A DNA stretch of 64,000 bases from Octopus bimaculoides (taxonomy: Eukaryota): assembly GCF_001194135.2 (NCBI RefSeq), contig NC_068982.1, positions 185,173,798-185,237,797 of the forward strand, read 5' to 3'. The notes below the pieces were generated by a model. It was not told the origin of the DNA and did no database searches. It was given only the letters and a program-made list of their open reading frames with translations. Both the position numbers and the translations under genes were made by a program. Shown here one piece after another: positions 1 through 13,166 of this stretch. Numbering within the stretch: position 1 is the first letter of the stretch; the number at the start of each line of letters is the position of its first letter.

Positions 1-35
<35 letters not shown>

Positions 36-1449
36 AGAACACCTATGCTGAACTATTGAGAAACCTGCAGTTACTCTATCCAGTTTACAAGTTCAGGTTT
101 ATACCTGTAATTATTGGGGCCATGGGATATGTAATACACTGCCTAAATACCAATCTTGAGAAATTAGGCTTCTCAAAACCAGAGAGGTGAAAACTAATTC
201 GAAGACTACAGATCCAATCCATCACTGGAACTGTAAAAATCTGTAAAACTTTCCAGAAGTTTATCATTTAAATATATATGAGCATGTTTAGATATGTAAC
301 TATATGCATGAGAATACATACATAAAACATAAAAATCTGCACATACATACACACATACAAACAAAAAAAAAATACCCTGTTNNNNNNNNNNAAAACTTTC
401 CAGAAGTTTATCATTTAAATATATATGAGCATGTTTAGATATGTAACTATATGCATGAGAATACATACATAAAACATAAAAATCTGCACATACATACACA
501 CATACAAACAAAAAAAAATACCCTGTTGTTGATGTTGAAATTCCAATGAAGGAACCTTGGATCTAGGTTAGAAACCGGTTCTTTCTCTATTGGCAAGAAA
601 TCTTGAAATAAACTGAATAATGACACACACACACACACACACACACAGAGTTAGAAAGATGTGATATGAGAGAGAGCTTTAGTTGCTATTTCTAGCCACG
701 CCTAGAGACTTCTTCAATGATCCATAGTAGCAGTGTGATTGTGAAAGTGTCACGTTGAAGCCCAGTATCTTGTCATACTTGTGTCACTCGTATACCTGAT
801 AAAATTCAAGTTAAGACATCTAAACTACGCAGTGATCAATGGTGCGTAGAAGACAGCTGCCATACAATGTATGAAATAGATGTCACATGAGTACACGCGC
901 GCGCTCACGCTCACACACATACACATACCACACACACACACTCACACCATATCTATATCTATCTATATATATATAAGTTGTTATAATGACGTCAAACCAA
1001 ACTGACATTTTGAAATCATTTAATACGTACGTTTCAGGTTTACGTAATATTTGACTAGAGTCGAAAATTCTAGAACCGTACACCACTACTTAGCGTAACA
1101 CGAAATAATGTGTGTGGGCGAGCGTGCGTGCATACATATACATATATAGGAAATTGAAAATTCATACTTTGTTATTCTGAGTTTTATGGTTCCGATCTTC
1201 AAGCGGCTATGAAAAACAGAACATAATAATAATATAGTAGATATAAAGTGAAGCTGTTTGAGTACTGTAAACAGTAACAAGTACTGATTTGATAAAATAG
1301 AGCAAAAGGACATGCACACACACACACACACACACACACATCCATCTATCCATACGTACATTCACATACACGTACACAAGCACACGCGCGCGCACACAGT
1401 ATCTTCTATAATTTTCTCATTAATTATGATGCAATGGCTTGAACAATCT

Positions 1450-1875
1450 GGAACAGAATAAGAGGACGGAAATTACCAACAGACAATGTTCCATTATATT
1501 GAGACTCCAAAGAATATTAGTGGAACTTAAAAATTAAGTTAAAACACAACTGGCCTGATATTGTTGTGCGGGACCACGAAAAAAGATATGCTTTGTTGAG
1601 AAAATTAGCTCCTGGACACCAGTGTGGTTAGAAAAATAGAAGAGAAAAAAACGTCTGTGGACCATTAATACAGAGTTTGCAAATCTAGTATCTTGGAGAC
1701 ACTTAGTTTTGTATCTATTATTGTTGCAGCCACAGGATACGTACCAACTCGCTTGGTGCAACGTATGGCTGAACTTCGGCCCTAGGGGCAAATAGTACAA
1801 CTCCTTAATTCATATGCAACGAATAATCACTATATCCGGGGCATTAAAAAATTGCAACAACTTTTGAAGATTTAA
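1450..1875 (+). mobile_element. Decayed non-LTR retrotransposon C-terminus with restriction-like endonuclease (RLE)
   Basis: Frame-shifted remnants EY*WN, KLKHNWPDIVVRD, FVSIIVAATGYVP and MQRIITISG match the HNRPDIV / IIVGATG pattern of RLE-type LINEs. Boundaries approximate. Confidence 0.55.
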
Positions 1876-2299
1876 AGGGTGATGTACAAAACAGAATGCT
1901 TTCCTTCACGACATTGCTATCAAGCAAGTAACCGGTCAAAATTAACTCTAAATTATAGTGAATAAAAGCATGCATGCATGCATACATACATACATACATA
2001 AATTATATATATATATAGCTGAGTAAATAGAAAACAGCCTTTCTTGTAACCTTATAATTAAAGCCTGATACTGTTCGAGTTAGGTCATTTTTATTAAGGA
2101 TTTTCCATATTTCCTTATTAACACTTTATATTTAGTTTGAAATAATAGTGTTCCTGAATCCATTAGCACATTAACATTCACATCATCAGAATAAAGAGAG
2201 GGTAATAACGACATGTTCGTGCGCTTTGCAGTAGGACACAAATGATCATAGGAATACTAGTGTAATTGATACTAAAATTATCAACACCTCATACTAAGA

Positions 2300-3400
2300 T
2301 TATACAACGGTAAATTCTGGTAGATGTCATTATTCATTTGACGTGCAATATATCTGTGTTAGCTTTTAGTTTGAATTTTGCGTTTTGTAAAGATGCCATA
2401 GTTATTCTCATTTTTTGTTATATTTTGTGGAGTTTTATATAAAATTTTAGTTCTAGTATTTCTATGCAATTTTATTTCATGTACTGTATGATAATGAGTT
2501 TGTAACGGCTCCTTGCTGTAAATGCATAGTCAACCAACAAATGTCCGATATAACAGATTAAGTCGTAAATTTTACAATTTACATGTTTAGACTGAAATCT
2601 GTAAAATACACTGTGAGAAATACATTTTGTTGTCTCCTACATAGTTGTTTTGTGTTGACGAAGAGATTTCTCCTTCTAGTGTTACTATAATATATTCTAA
2701 TTATGAACTTGTGATAATATGTGATACATGTATTCTGTTTTATGAGGTTTTTTAATGACATTGTCGTCCATTTGATAACCTGAGTGAGTTCGTCTCTTGT
2801 GATATACAATATGTGTGTATTTTGTATTTTTAGTGAACACAGTATGTGTTGTGCCAGCGTAGGTGAATTTGTCTTTGTATTGTTTTATAGCCAGGTGTAC
2901 TAATCTATTAAGGTACTCGGTATTAATGAATGCTTGTCACATAGGATTTCCTTGTTTAAAGTTTCTTCAGTGAATGAAAATTTAAATGCTCGTCTAAGAA
3001 CGCATTTTTATTACCGATATTTTGTATTTATGAGGAACACTCACTATCACCGTGCATATTATAAGCTTTTTGAGTGTTCTTTGTATGAGCTAAAGTGCTA
3101 TATGTATAATTTCAACATTTATGGTGGTAGTGTTGACTAAATGTATACTAGAGCTATGTTGGATCATAAATGTAAGGATAGAGTTATTTTCAAGAACTTA
3201 AATTTTATCAGATTGCTTGTCGTCATTTGTCACATTGAATATGCCATATGCCATAAAGGTAGAAAACGCAGTTATGCTTGGAAGTGACATATTTTCCATA
3301 TTAGCCATGTGGAATGCCGCGAATGTGGGCTCGAGCAGTGGGTCCCATGAATCACCTCGGGTTGTATATATTATCTTATGAACAAGAAAATCAGCTGTAC
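2300..3400 (-). mobile_element. Highly decayed Penelope-like element (RT and GIY-YIG remnants)
   Basis: Minus-strand PLLEPTFAAFHMANMEN resembles the Penelope RT MGSPLxPTxAxxxMxxxE motif, followed by IYDLIC..YIG-like and RKIQ..YIA-like remnants. Many disruptions. Confidence 0.4.
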
Positions 3401-4149
3401 AAGCCAAATGATTGTATATGTACGTGTGCGTATGGTTTTCGGCCGATTGTGTGTATGTGTGTGTGTGTGTGTGTGTGAGCGCGCAGACACAACCGATTGG
3501 TTAAGAATTTCTTCCCAATCATGAGGGGTGCTGGGCTCAATCCTTCTGCGCATAAATTTAGTTAAGTGTCTTCTTCTAAAGATTCCGGTGGCTCAAAGTT
3601 AGAATTTTTTTTTTTTTATGTGAAAGTGGAAATTGACTGGTAGCCCGTCAATGAATTCTACTTCCAATTTAAAAGTTCGCTGATTCTAACTCAGGATTAC
3701 ATTAACAGTACATGTATCGATGGAATACTCAACTAAAATCAGTCCCAATACTTATGCCGAACCCTTAAGTTACGGAGACATAANNNNNNNNNNNNNNNNN
3801 NNNNNNNNNNNNNNNNNNNNNNNNNNNNNNNNNNNNNNNNNNNNNNNGTGGGGGGGGGGAACACAAAGACATATATATTCGTACAATCACACATATGTGT
3901 GTGCGTGGGTATGCGTGTGTGTGTGTGTGTACAACGGGCTTGCACACTTTTCACCTACCAAATTTACTTACAAGGCATTGGTCGGTTCAGGGCTATAGTA
4001 TAAGACGCTTGTCGAAGGTGCTGCCCAGTGGGACAGGACCCGAAATCACGTGGTTGCAAAACGAACTTCTTAGCTACATTGCTATGCCTGCCTCCTCTAA
4101 CCGCGCGCGCGCGTTTGTAAGGAGGGCTTGAATATGCGACTGGCATATT

Positions 4150-4525
4150 TCACACCTTTCCTGAGAAGAGTCCTTACTGGAAAGAGGCCAAAACAAAGCA
4201 ACACCTGTGTACAATTGCCCAACTTCCCGATCAAAGATGAAAATATACGTCTGCGGTCCTATGTGGTGTATAAAATCGCATGTAACAAATGTAATGAATT
4301 CTACATCAGAAGACTCATCAGACAAGTTTACATACGAATGAAAGAACACCTCTATGCTAATGTTTCTTCTGTCAAAAAGCAACTACAGAAATGTCACAAT
4401 CAAAACACCCAAGTTTCCATTGATGCTACAGAAAGAAACATTAGGAACTTGAGAATAAAAGCAGTTACTTTAATTAGCAAGTACATCTGGCAACTTAATA
4501 ATAGATCTGAACTGAACGAAGCTAA
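4150..4525 (+). mobile_element. Penelope-like GIY-YIG endonuclease fragment
   Basis: VVYKIACNKCNEFYIRRLIRQVYIRMKEH...NLRIKAVTLISKYIWQLNNRSE shows the GIY-YIG layout with the CxxC insert typical of Penelope-like elements. The catalytic YIG is degenerate. Confidence 0.7.
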
Positions 4526-5212
4526 TTGGATAATATGGCAACGCAGAACAATCCTTCACACACACACGCACGCACGCGTGTGTGTGTAATCTCTTCTATA
4601 GCAAAACATTTGTGGCTGTCCCTCTATCAATACTTTAGCTTCTCAATACCTGGCATAAAGCCATCGTCACCCCTCTACTATAACCCCACTTGAGAGGGCG
4701 CCTTCTTTATCTGTGTCTTGTAAGTTACTTGGCAACCTTACTAGTGCCAATGTCAAGCAAAGTAGCAATCGATACAACTCTGTAACGTGGTTGGCATTAG
4801 AAAAGGCATCCAACCCTAGAAACCATGTTAAAACAGGCATTGCAACAGTTCGACGTAATAATCCGCTTCATTGAATCCCACAAAGCAGTCCAAGTCATGG
4901 TAGCATGGAAGACGGGCGTTAAATGAAAATATAGTCTCATTTAAGAGACGTATAAATGTGTGTGTGTGTGTGTGTGTGTGGCTATAGGCTTGACTGTGGT
5001 NNNNNNNNNNTGTTTGCTTGTCAACCACCGCTTGACAACCAGTACTGGTGTGTTTATGTCCCTGTTAATTAACAGTTCGGCAAAAGACATCGATAGTATA
5101 AGTACCATGCTTTAAAAAAAATAAGTACTAGGGTCGATTCATTCGACTAAAAATTCTTCAAGGTGGTGCCCTCGCATGGCAGCAGTCTAATGACCGAAAC
5201 AAGTAAAAGATA

Positions 5213-5249
<37 letters not shown>

Positions 5250-6710
5250 ATATACAGGATTATCGAAAAAGAATGAACCGATNNNNNNNNNNNNNNNNNN
5301 NNNNNNNNNNNNNNNNNNNNNNNNNNNNNNNNNNNNNNNNNNNNNNNNNNNNNNNNNNNNNNNNNNNNNNNNNNNNNNNNNNNNNNNNNNNNNNNNNNNN
5401 NNNNNNNNNNNNNNNNNNNNNNNNNNNNNNNNNNNNNNNNNNNNNNNNNNNNNNNNNNNNNNNNNNNNNNNNNNNNNNNNNNNNNNNNNNNNNNNNNNNN
5501 NNNNNNNNNNNNNNNNNNNNNNNNNNNNNNNNNNNNNNNNNNNNNNNNNNNNNNNNNNNNNNNNNNNNNNNNNNNNNNNNNNNNNNNNNNNNNNNNNNNN
5601 NNNNNNNNNNNNNNNNNNNNNNNNNNNNNNNNNNNNNNNNNNNNNNNNNNNNNNNNNNNNNNNNNNNNNNNNNNNNNNNNNNNNNNNNNNNNNNNNNNNN
5701 NNNNNNNNNNNNNNNNNNNNNNNNNNNNNNNNNNNNNNNNNNNNNNNNNNNNNNNNNNNNNNNNNNNNNNNNNNNNNNNNNNNNNNNNNNNNNNNNNNNN
5801 NNNNNNNNNNNNNNNNNNNNNNNNNNNNNNNNNNNNNNNNNACCTCGGCGGAATTTGAACTCAGAATGTAAAGACAGACAAAATACCGCTAAGAATTTCG
5901 CCCGGCGTGCTCATATTTCTGAGTGTTCAGTATTACTAAACGTTTCAACATGTACTTATCGCGCTACTAAATAGTTTCCACGTACATGTGTACGTTCATC
6001 AGGCGCCAATGTGTGTGTGTGTGTTCAATTTAATACACGATCGAAAGGGCTACTATTAGTTTCATGCTATTATGATACTTGAGCAGATATATTTATAAAA
6101 TACGCCATGTATCTTAAGGCAATCTTTAATCTACAAAAAGTAAAAAAAAAATATTGTGTAATCCTTAATTAGTGTCTGCTCGGCATTATACAATACAATT
6201 ATATATTCACAAATTAACATTAAGAAAGCTAGCTCTTCTGATCACCAGAACGCCATAGTTACATCAGCCGTTGAACCCTGACCAAATCCTGCTATGAATT
6301 AAATTAATGAATTCAACGGGATACACCGTCTGCAAGTAGTTGGGTTCAGCATATTATCCTCCATTTTCTAATTGTTACACAAATTTTGGGTAAAACCTCC
6401 ACTTTTACCCGCTCCCATTGATTGCACCTACTATAGCACTAGTGTAGCAATAATTGGGTACCCTCCCAGCAGTATACTGGATAGATACTATCCCTTAGTG
6501 GGTTGTACCCCCAACCCCTAACTCTCTCACGTTATATATATATATATATACATACATATATATATATACATATATACATACATATATCATCATCATCATC
6601 GTTTAACGTCCGCTTTCCATGCTAGCATGGGTTGGACGATTTGATTGAGGACTGGTGAAACCGGATGGCAACACCAGGCTCCAATCTATATATGTATGTA
6701 TGTATGTATG

Positions 6711-6741
<31 letters not shown>

Positions 6742-6783
6742 GTGTGTGTGTGTGTGTGTATATGTATGATGTTCATAAGTGCA

Positions 6784-7140
6784 GGCATGGCTGTGTGGTT
6801 AAGGAGCTCTGTTTGCAACTACGTGGTTTCGGGTTCAGTGTCAATGCGCAGCACTTAGGGTAAATATCTCCTACCTTAGCCCCAAGCCGATTGATTCCTT
6901 GTGAGTGAATTTGGGTGACGGAAACTCCGTGGAAGCCCGTCGTATGTGTTTTCGTTTCCCTTGACCACCAGTGTTGGTTTGTTTATGTCTCCATAACTTA
7001 GCAATTCGTCCAAAAGGTTCCAATAAAATAAGTACTAGACTTAGTAAAATAAGTAGGGGGGGGACAATTTGTTCGACTAAAACCCTTCAGTGCGGTGCCC
7101 CAGCATGGCTGCAGTCCAATGACTGCAACAAGTAAAAGAT
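6784..7140 (+). mobile_element. CORE-like SINE family C (GGCATGGCTGTGTGGTTAAG head)
   Basis: tRNA-like head, CACCTTGGGCAAGTGTCTT-type core, 3' GGTGCCCCAGCATGGCTGCAGTC...AACAAGTAAAAGA end. Partial copies at about 3950-4090(-), 5030-5200, 24741-24870, 32900-33190(-), 43580-43720(-), 53840-53985(-), 57670-57880, 60165-60300 and 60425-60630(-). Confidence 0.75.
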
Positions 7141-8061
7141 AGAAGAGAAGGTGTATACACATGCTGGTGTACTCGCGCACGCGTCTGTGTAACTTTCCCT
7201 TTCAAATTACTCTCAGACACCACACAGAATTAAAAGAAAGAGTGAAAGAAAATAACTTCAATTTAATATTATATATATAGATGGCTATAATTTTCGTTTA
7301 TACAAGTTTTATATATAATTCCAGCAGCAAGCCAATTTATTTCGCCTATTTATTTCAAATTGTTCATTTCAACTGTGTATCTCGCAGTTTTTAAACCTCT
7401 CCTTTTCTCTCTATTTGTAGATACGTAGATGATTACACTTCGATAATGACAAACTATTTAACTTACACCATTCTATATACTGTCCAATCTCCAACTTAAT
7501 TCACATGTATCCAACAACGACTGTCTCTTTAACCGCAATCATTACATTAAATTACTTTACATTTCAAATGTTTTTCTATTAGCGAAGCTTTATCGTTCTA
7601 TCAAAATCAACTTCAATCCAACTTTAATCGCCATTTAACTAAATGTTTCTAGTCAATTCTCGAACTTTCTTTTATCTTTTAGTCCTTTGATGTTTCAAAT
7701 TTGAATTTCAAACGAATATAAATAGCAGTCAATTTTCCTTCTGTCTTTTTCTTATTTTCTTTTTGTCTTTCTTTCATTCTTACGTATTCTCTCTGTAAAA
7801 CGCTTTCTCTTCATTTATTCTCTTTCCTTTTTACTTGCAATTTTCTATATGATGTTTGCTTTTATGCTGTTTCTCTTAGCGTTTCTTTCTTTTTCTTCCT
7901 ATTGTTTTCTTTTTATGCTATTTCTTCTTTCTGAAAACCATTTGTCTTTGATGTGGTTTTGGCAATGTTGCAAAGTTATTAGAGAAGGTGTGTCCTTAAA
8001 GTGGAAAATTAATTGGGCGGTTCTCTCTCCCTCTCTCCTCCCCCCTCTCTCAAAACGCGCG

Positions 8062-8134
<73 letters not shown>

Positions 8135-8829
8135 TCTTCCGCATGTAAATGTAACAGTATGTTGCATATTGAAAGTTGTCAATCTTTTTTTGTTTTTTTT
8201 TTACTTAAATTATTCAGGACGAATAAAGGGGCAACACTTGGGCCTTTTCCATCTTCTCCCACACGAGTCATATCGATGTGGCTGATACACAGCCTAAATA
8301 TCTTGGGTCTGAAAAAGAAAATGTGGGTGAGTGGAACACTTGTAAGACAAAGGGACGGATGGCTGGGCAGAAATGTCTGCAACAGATAGAGTCGGATGTC
8401 TGGGCAGAATACTTCTAACAAAGTAGAGTAGGATACTGGAGTAGACGAAGTCAGCGTTGATTGAACAAATCTTTGATCAGCCGCTATCGAGTCGTGGCCA
8501 TCCTGTCTTGTTTCATACATATATCAAGAACGACATTATCTGAAAGTGTATTTTTCAAAGATTAAATAGTAAGGTGGAATATGAGGAAGATTTGGCATTT
8601 GTTTCTAGCGGTTGGAAGTGCATGTGTTAAACTGTATGTGTTTGAGACAATGGACAGAAGTTAAAGTGGGCGGTGTGTAAACCTGAGAAATGCTGGTGGA
8701 CATAAGATGTGTGTGTGTGTGTGTGTGTGTGTGTGAACTTGAGAAATGCTGGTGGACATAAGGCGTGTGTGTGGTATGTGTGGTGTGTATCGTTCGCTCG
8801 TCCAAATTACTTTGACCTCTTTATTACAG

Positions 8830-8966
8830 AACCCCCAACAGAAGTGAGTTACAGCAATCTACCCACGATATCATTAGCTGATAAACTGAGATTGGCTGCA
8901 AGTAAGGGTCAACTAGATACAGTTGAAGAGTTGCTTCAAGCAAGGGCCACTTTTGAAACTGACAGA
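8830..8966 (+). CDS. ANKRD6: ANKRD6/Diversin-like, first identified coding exon (start of ankyrin region; phase-1 acceptor, upstream exon unresolved)
   Basis: ttattacag acceptor and GTGAGT donor. Encodes EPPTEVSYSNLPTISLADKLRLAASKGQLDTVEELLQARATFETDR and splices in phase 0 to the next ankyrin exon. No Met in frame. Confidence 0.75.
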
Positions 8967-9847
8967 GTGAGTATCTACTTTAGGTTAACTTTGTTTTCCT
9001 TCCATTCACTTTTTAAAATCATTTTCAAGGTCCCTATTATTTATTATAGGATTATTTTTTGTTTTAAACCCTAGCTATCAGCCTATCAAGTTATAGTCTG
9101 CTTGAGCCACTGCACAGCTGTTGATTACAACAGCTATGTTGGTGAAATATGTGCAGAGGACCTGTTCTCCAACTCTTCTAGAATTTTTGTGGAACAAATG
9201 AGTAACAAAATCAGATTCAGCATGAAAACTTACATAAATACACCAAGTTTGAAAATTTTCACTTAATTTTAAAATTTCGAAAACTGTGAGTGAAACAGAA
9301 AAGATCCCAACATTCCCCTGAACAGGACGCCAGTCCATTGCAGGGTTCAAAGCCAGCAATTTTAAGGAAAGGGTACAAAAGTCAATCACATCGACCCATT
9401 ACTTGACTGGTATTTTATTTTATCAACCCTGAAGGGATGAAAAACAAAGTGGACCCTGTAAAGAGCTAGGAGAAATAATGCTAAGCATTGTGTCCAACAT
9501 TCTAGAGATCCTTCCAGCTTGCAGTCTTGCTATTTCGATGAGGAAGCATTTATTTCCTGATGGTCAATTAAATTTGAATCGATTTCTTGTCTATGTGTAT
9601 TGGCATACCTCAGAGTATGGCTACTTTGTCATTCTTTGAGGCCTTTTTCTCATGTTTGTTTATTCCACCTATTTCCTGTTGGCATTTTGCAAAGCTTACA
9701 TAACTTCCAGTGTATGCAAGTTACAACTCTATCATGCATGTATTTATTTTCTCCTTTTGGGGTGTTGGAAACAATATGATTAATTGTTTGTGTTCATCCT
9801 TTTCATATTCTATAGTTTCTGTATGCTCGATGATTATATATTTTTGT

Positions 9848-10230
9848 GGAGGCGCAATGGCCCAATGGTCAGGGCAGCGGACTCGCGATCATAGAATCGC
9901 GGTTTCGATTCTCAGGCCGGGCGTTGTGAGTGTTTATTGAGCGAAAATACCTAAAGCTCCACGAGGGTCCGGCAGGGGATGGTGGCGAACCCTGCTGTAC
10001 TCTTTCAACACAACTGTCTCTCACTCTTACTTCCTGTTTCTGATGTGCCTGTAATTCAAAGGGTCGGCGTTGTCACACTGTGTCACGCTGAATATCCCCG
10101 AGAACTACGTTAAGGGTACACGTGTCTGTGGAGTGCTCAGCCACTTGCACGTTAATTTCACGAGCAAGCTGTTCCGTTGATCGGATCAACTGGAATCCTC
10201 GACGTCGTAAGCGACGGAGTGCCAACAACA
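9848..10230 (+). mobile_element. tRNA-derived SINE family A, full length
   Basis: tRNA-like head with A/B boxes (GGAGGCGCAATGGCCCAATGGTCAGGGC...GGTTTCGATTCT), (CAA)n tail and 11-bp TSD ATATATTTTTG (9836-9846 / 10231-10241). Three more near-identical copies occur in the window. Confidence 0.9.
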
Positions 10231-10453
10231 ATATATTTTTGATGTCTTCTGATGAGGAGGCTTTGATCCTGTCCTGATATCGAGACTCCTTATACCACTA
10301 TTCCTCCACACCTCTCTTCTCCTACCTTCTCATTTCCTTACTGTATCAGTATGTATCTTTAACTGTCTATCCATTCTCTCTCTCTCTCTCCCTCCCGCCT
10401 TCTTTCTTCCTTTCTCTCCCTCTCCATCACAATGTGTTCTATGATATTTACAG

Positions 10454-10552
10454 GAGAGAAGGACAGCCCTCCACTATGCTGCTCTCAATGGTTACCCAGA
10501 TGTTTGTCGATGCCTCATTTCCCATGGATGTGATATTGACAAACAAGATGCT
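10454..10552 (+). CDS. ANKRD6: ANKRD6-like ankyrin-repeat exon (99 nt)
   Basis: tttacag / GTAAGT. Encodes ERRTALHYAALNGYPDVCRCLISHGCDIDKQDA (TALH ankyrin motif). Confidence 0.9.
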
Positions 10553-10798
10553 GTAAGTTGTCTTTTATTTTATCTCTCTTGGATATTATTTCTACTATTT
10601 TCCACTCAGGTATTTCGCTAACTTGAGTAATGGCCTGTCAGATGTGTCAGTTTGCTTTCTCAATGAACCTAAATGTAAATGAGATGAAAGAAATATTAGA
10701 AGTATAGGCTGACAGTTGATATACGTAGGAGAAATCAATGTGTTCTTGTTTAGTCTCTGGTCAGCTTTGATCCTACTGACCTACTATCAAAAATGTTT

Positions 10799-10851
<53 letters not shown>

Positions 10852-11053
10852 TTAATGCCTGTTGTCCCTGCTAGCATGGGTTGGGCAGTTTGACCAAAGC
10901 TGGGGAGCTGCACCAGACTCCAGTCTGGATGCCCTTTCTGATGCCATCCACTTTACAGAGTGTGTTGGGTGCTTTTACATGGAACCACACGGGCACTTCT
11001 ATGTGGCACTACATAGGCGCTTTTACATGGTACCACCAGAAAGGCTGGTCTTA

Positions 11054-11296
11054 TACCACCAGAAAGGCGGCGAGCTGGCAGAAACGTTAGCACGCCGGGC
11101 GAAATGCTTAGCGGTATTTCGTCTGCCGTAATGTTCTGAGTTCAAATTCCGCCGAGGTCGACTTTACCTTTCATCCTTTCGGGGTCGATAAATTGAGTAC
11201 CAGTTACGCACTGGGGTCGATGTAATCGACGTAACCCCTTTGTCTGTCCTTGTTTGTCCCCTCTATGTTTAGCCCCTTGTGGGCAATAAATAAATA
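11054..11296 (+). mobile_element. tRNA-derived SINE family B (GGCGGCGAGCTGGCAGAA head; GGTCGACTTTGCCTTTCATCC core)
   Basis: tRNA-like head, core motif repeated in about 20 copies across the window, A-rich tail, flanking direct repeat AGAAAGGCTGGTCTTA (11038-11053 / 11297-11312). Other copies near 15880-16080, 18820-18960, 19970-20125, 20770-20955, 31260-31500(-), 46975-47150(-), 48925-49070 and 62030-62235. Confidence 0.85.
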
Positions 11297-12139
11297 AGAA
11301 AGGCTGGTCTTAATACTTCTGCCGCAGAGTACGGGACTTCTTGAGTAAGGTTAACTATTTGCACCCACTAATACAAACCAATTTTGGCTTGGTTTTTTTG
11401 ACTGGATACTCCTAGCACCAACCACTTTACAGGATATACTGCATGCATTTTATCATGGTACCAGCATTAGCGGGGTTGTCATGTCCTCAATAAATGTAAA
11501 GGGTCTTCTTGACTTAACACCTCCACTCATTCTCCGGCCATTGTATGTATGTTGTGTCCTGGGTGGATTATATAGTGGTACCAATGCTAAGGGACTGCTT
11601 TGTACCCTGTAAAGTGATTGGAGTCAGACGGTTGTAGAGAAGTGAGAGGCTAATAATAATAATAATAATAATAATAGAGATGGAGTAATGGTCAGAGTGA
11701 ATGATGGATTTCAATGACAAGTGGTTTGCAGGGTTTGGGAGAAGGAAGTATAGAAGGAGTAATGTTAAGATGTATTTGGTGCATGCAGATCTGATGTGAT
11801 TACTTATGCATATGCCGTATGATTGGCAAAAAAGGTAAGGTGATAGGGATATGAGAGGAGGGTGTGTCGTCAAGTGTTGGAGAGACGGAAAAGTCAGATA
11901 GGTCCAGTGACGTCCCTGGTTACAGCCCTAGTTACAGTGGAAGCATGGTATGGGAGAGATCTATTGCCATCCTTAATCACATTGACACCATTGAACAATG
12001 AGAGTGATAGAGAGATGAGTGATAAAGAGATGAATAATAGAGAGAGATGAATGATAGAGGGATGAGTGGCAAGTGTTAGAGAGATGAATGATAGAGGGAT
12101 GAGCGACAAGCATGTTAGATGGATGGGCGAAAGTGATTG

Positions 12140-12170
<31 letters not shown>

Positions 12171-12230
12171 CGATCGATCGTTTGTTCTAATGAGTCATCA
12201 ATTTTTTTCCTTTCATGTTATTTTCTTCAG

Positions 12231-12329
12231 ATTGGTTTCACAGCTCTTCATCGGGCTTGCTCCCAGGGCCACACTGCAGTATGTAAAGTATTACTGGAGG
12301 AAGGATGTGCAAAGGACCTGCAAGATGAG
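12231..12329 (+). CDS. ANKRD6: ANKRD6-like ankyrin-repeat exon (99 nt)
   Basis: ttcttcag / GTAAAC. Encodes IGFTALHRACSQGHTAVCKVLLEEGCAKDLQDE. Confidence 0.92.
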
Positions 12330-13166
12330 GTAAACATATCTTATTACTTATAATTGTTGTGGTTGTTGTTTAAGCCTGTTCAGCCCTAATCAAGCAAACT
12401 TGGGGTTAGATGCGTTTCAGTCGTGACCATCATATCTTTTATTTCAGGTATTATGTATCTTGAACTAAATTTTCCAATGTGACCTTTACTTTTCTAAGTT
12501 GGAAAGATGTAGGTTGAGGAAGATATGGCTGCTATTTCCTGTAGGCTGAGCAACCACAGAGAATGTTCCTCATTGGCTTGAGTTCTATTGTGTACTGTGG
12601 CGAGTCTACATTTCTTCAACTGAGTTGATAAAACGGGTACCAGTAATATATGAGGGTCAATCAAATGAGGATTACTTACCCAATAAATAAATTTATGTCA
12701 TCGAGTAAATGATGATAGATTGAGACAGTTCATATAAGACTTTTTTTATTAAAGTAATTCTGAAGTCTTATAGTTAAAGTAAGGTCCTGGATTGGGAATG
12801 TGGCACAGCTAAATACAAAGACTTAGTCTTCAGCAACATACCAAAGCTAACATTCAGTATTCAGTATTGAGTAGTGAGTGTTATAGAACAGAGATAGACT
12901 CTCAGCATGCTGAGTCTATAATCCAGTGTGTTTTACAGCTGTAGGCATTTCCTTTTATTTATATTTTTAATACCATTGAATAAAGAATGAACATTTCACA
13001 ATTTCCATTTTAGATTTAGTGTTGTATTTACTTATGCTACAATGCATATGTAGACTGAGCTTGTGAATCTGAAGAAAGTCATAAATGAATACCACATTTT
13101 CTTTCTTTGTAAAATCTCTTCTAGAGGTTTGAGTCATTGTGAGTCAGAAGAAAGTGTAGAATACTG

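Noticed and set aside
245-527. Exact duplication of about 135 bp either side of the 10-N gap
   Set aside because: This is the pattern of unmerged contig overlap in scaffolding. The same pattern occurs at 24435-24510 and 57711-57752.
985-1000. CRE-like TGACGTCA near a TATA-like run
   Set aside because: A single 8-mer in 64 kb is roughly chance expectation, and there is no linked transcription start.
5273-5974. Long ORFs spanning N runs (also 25118-25942, 37191-37718, 59365-60057 and 62720-63031)
   Set aside because: They are artefacts of stop-free N gaps and flanking microsatellites.
9848-9920. Possible tRNA gene (and similar heads elsewhere)
   Set aside because: The tRNA-like heads continue into SINE bodies with tails and TSDs, and there is no complete cloverleaf with an oligo-T terminator.
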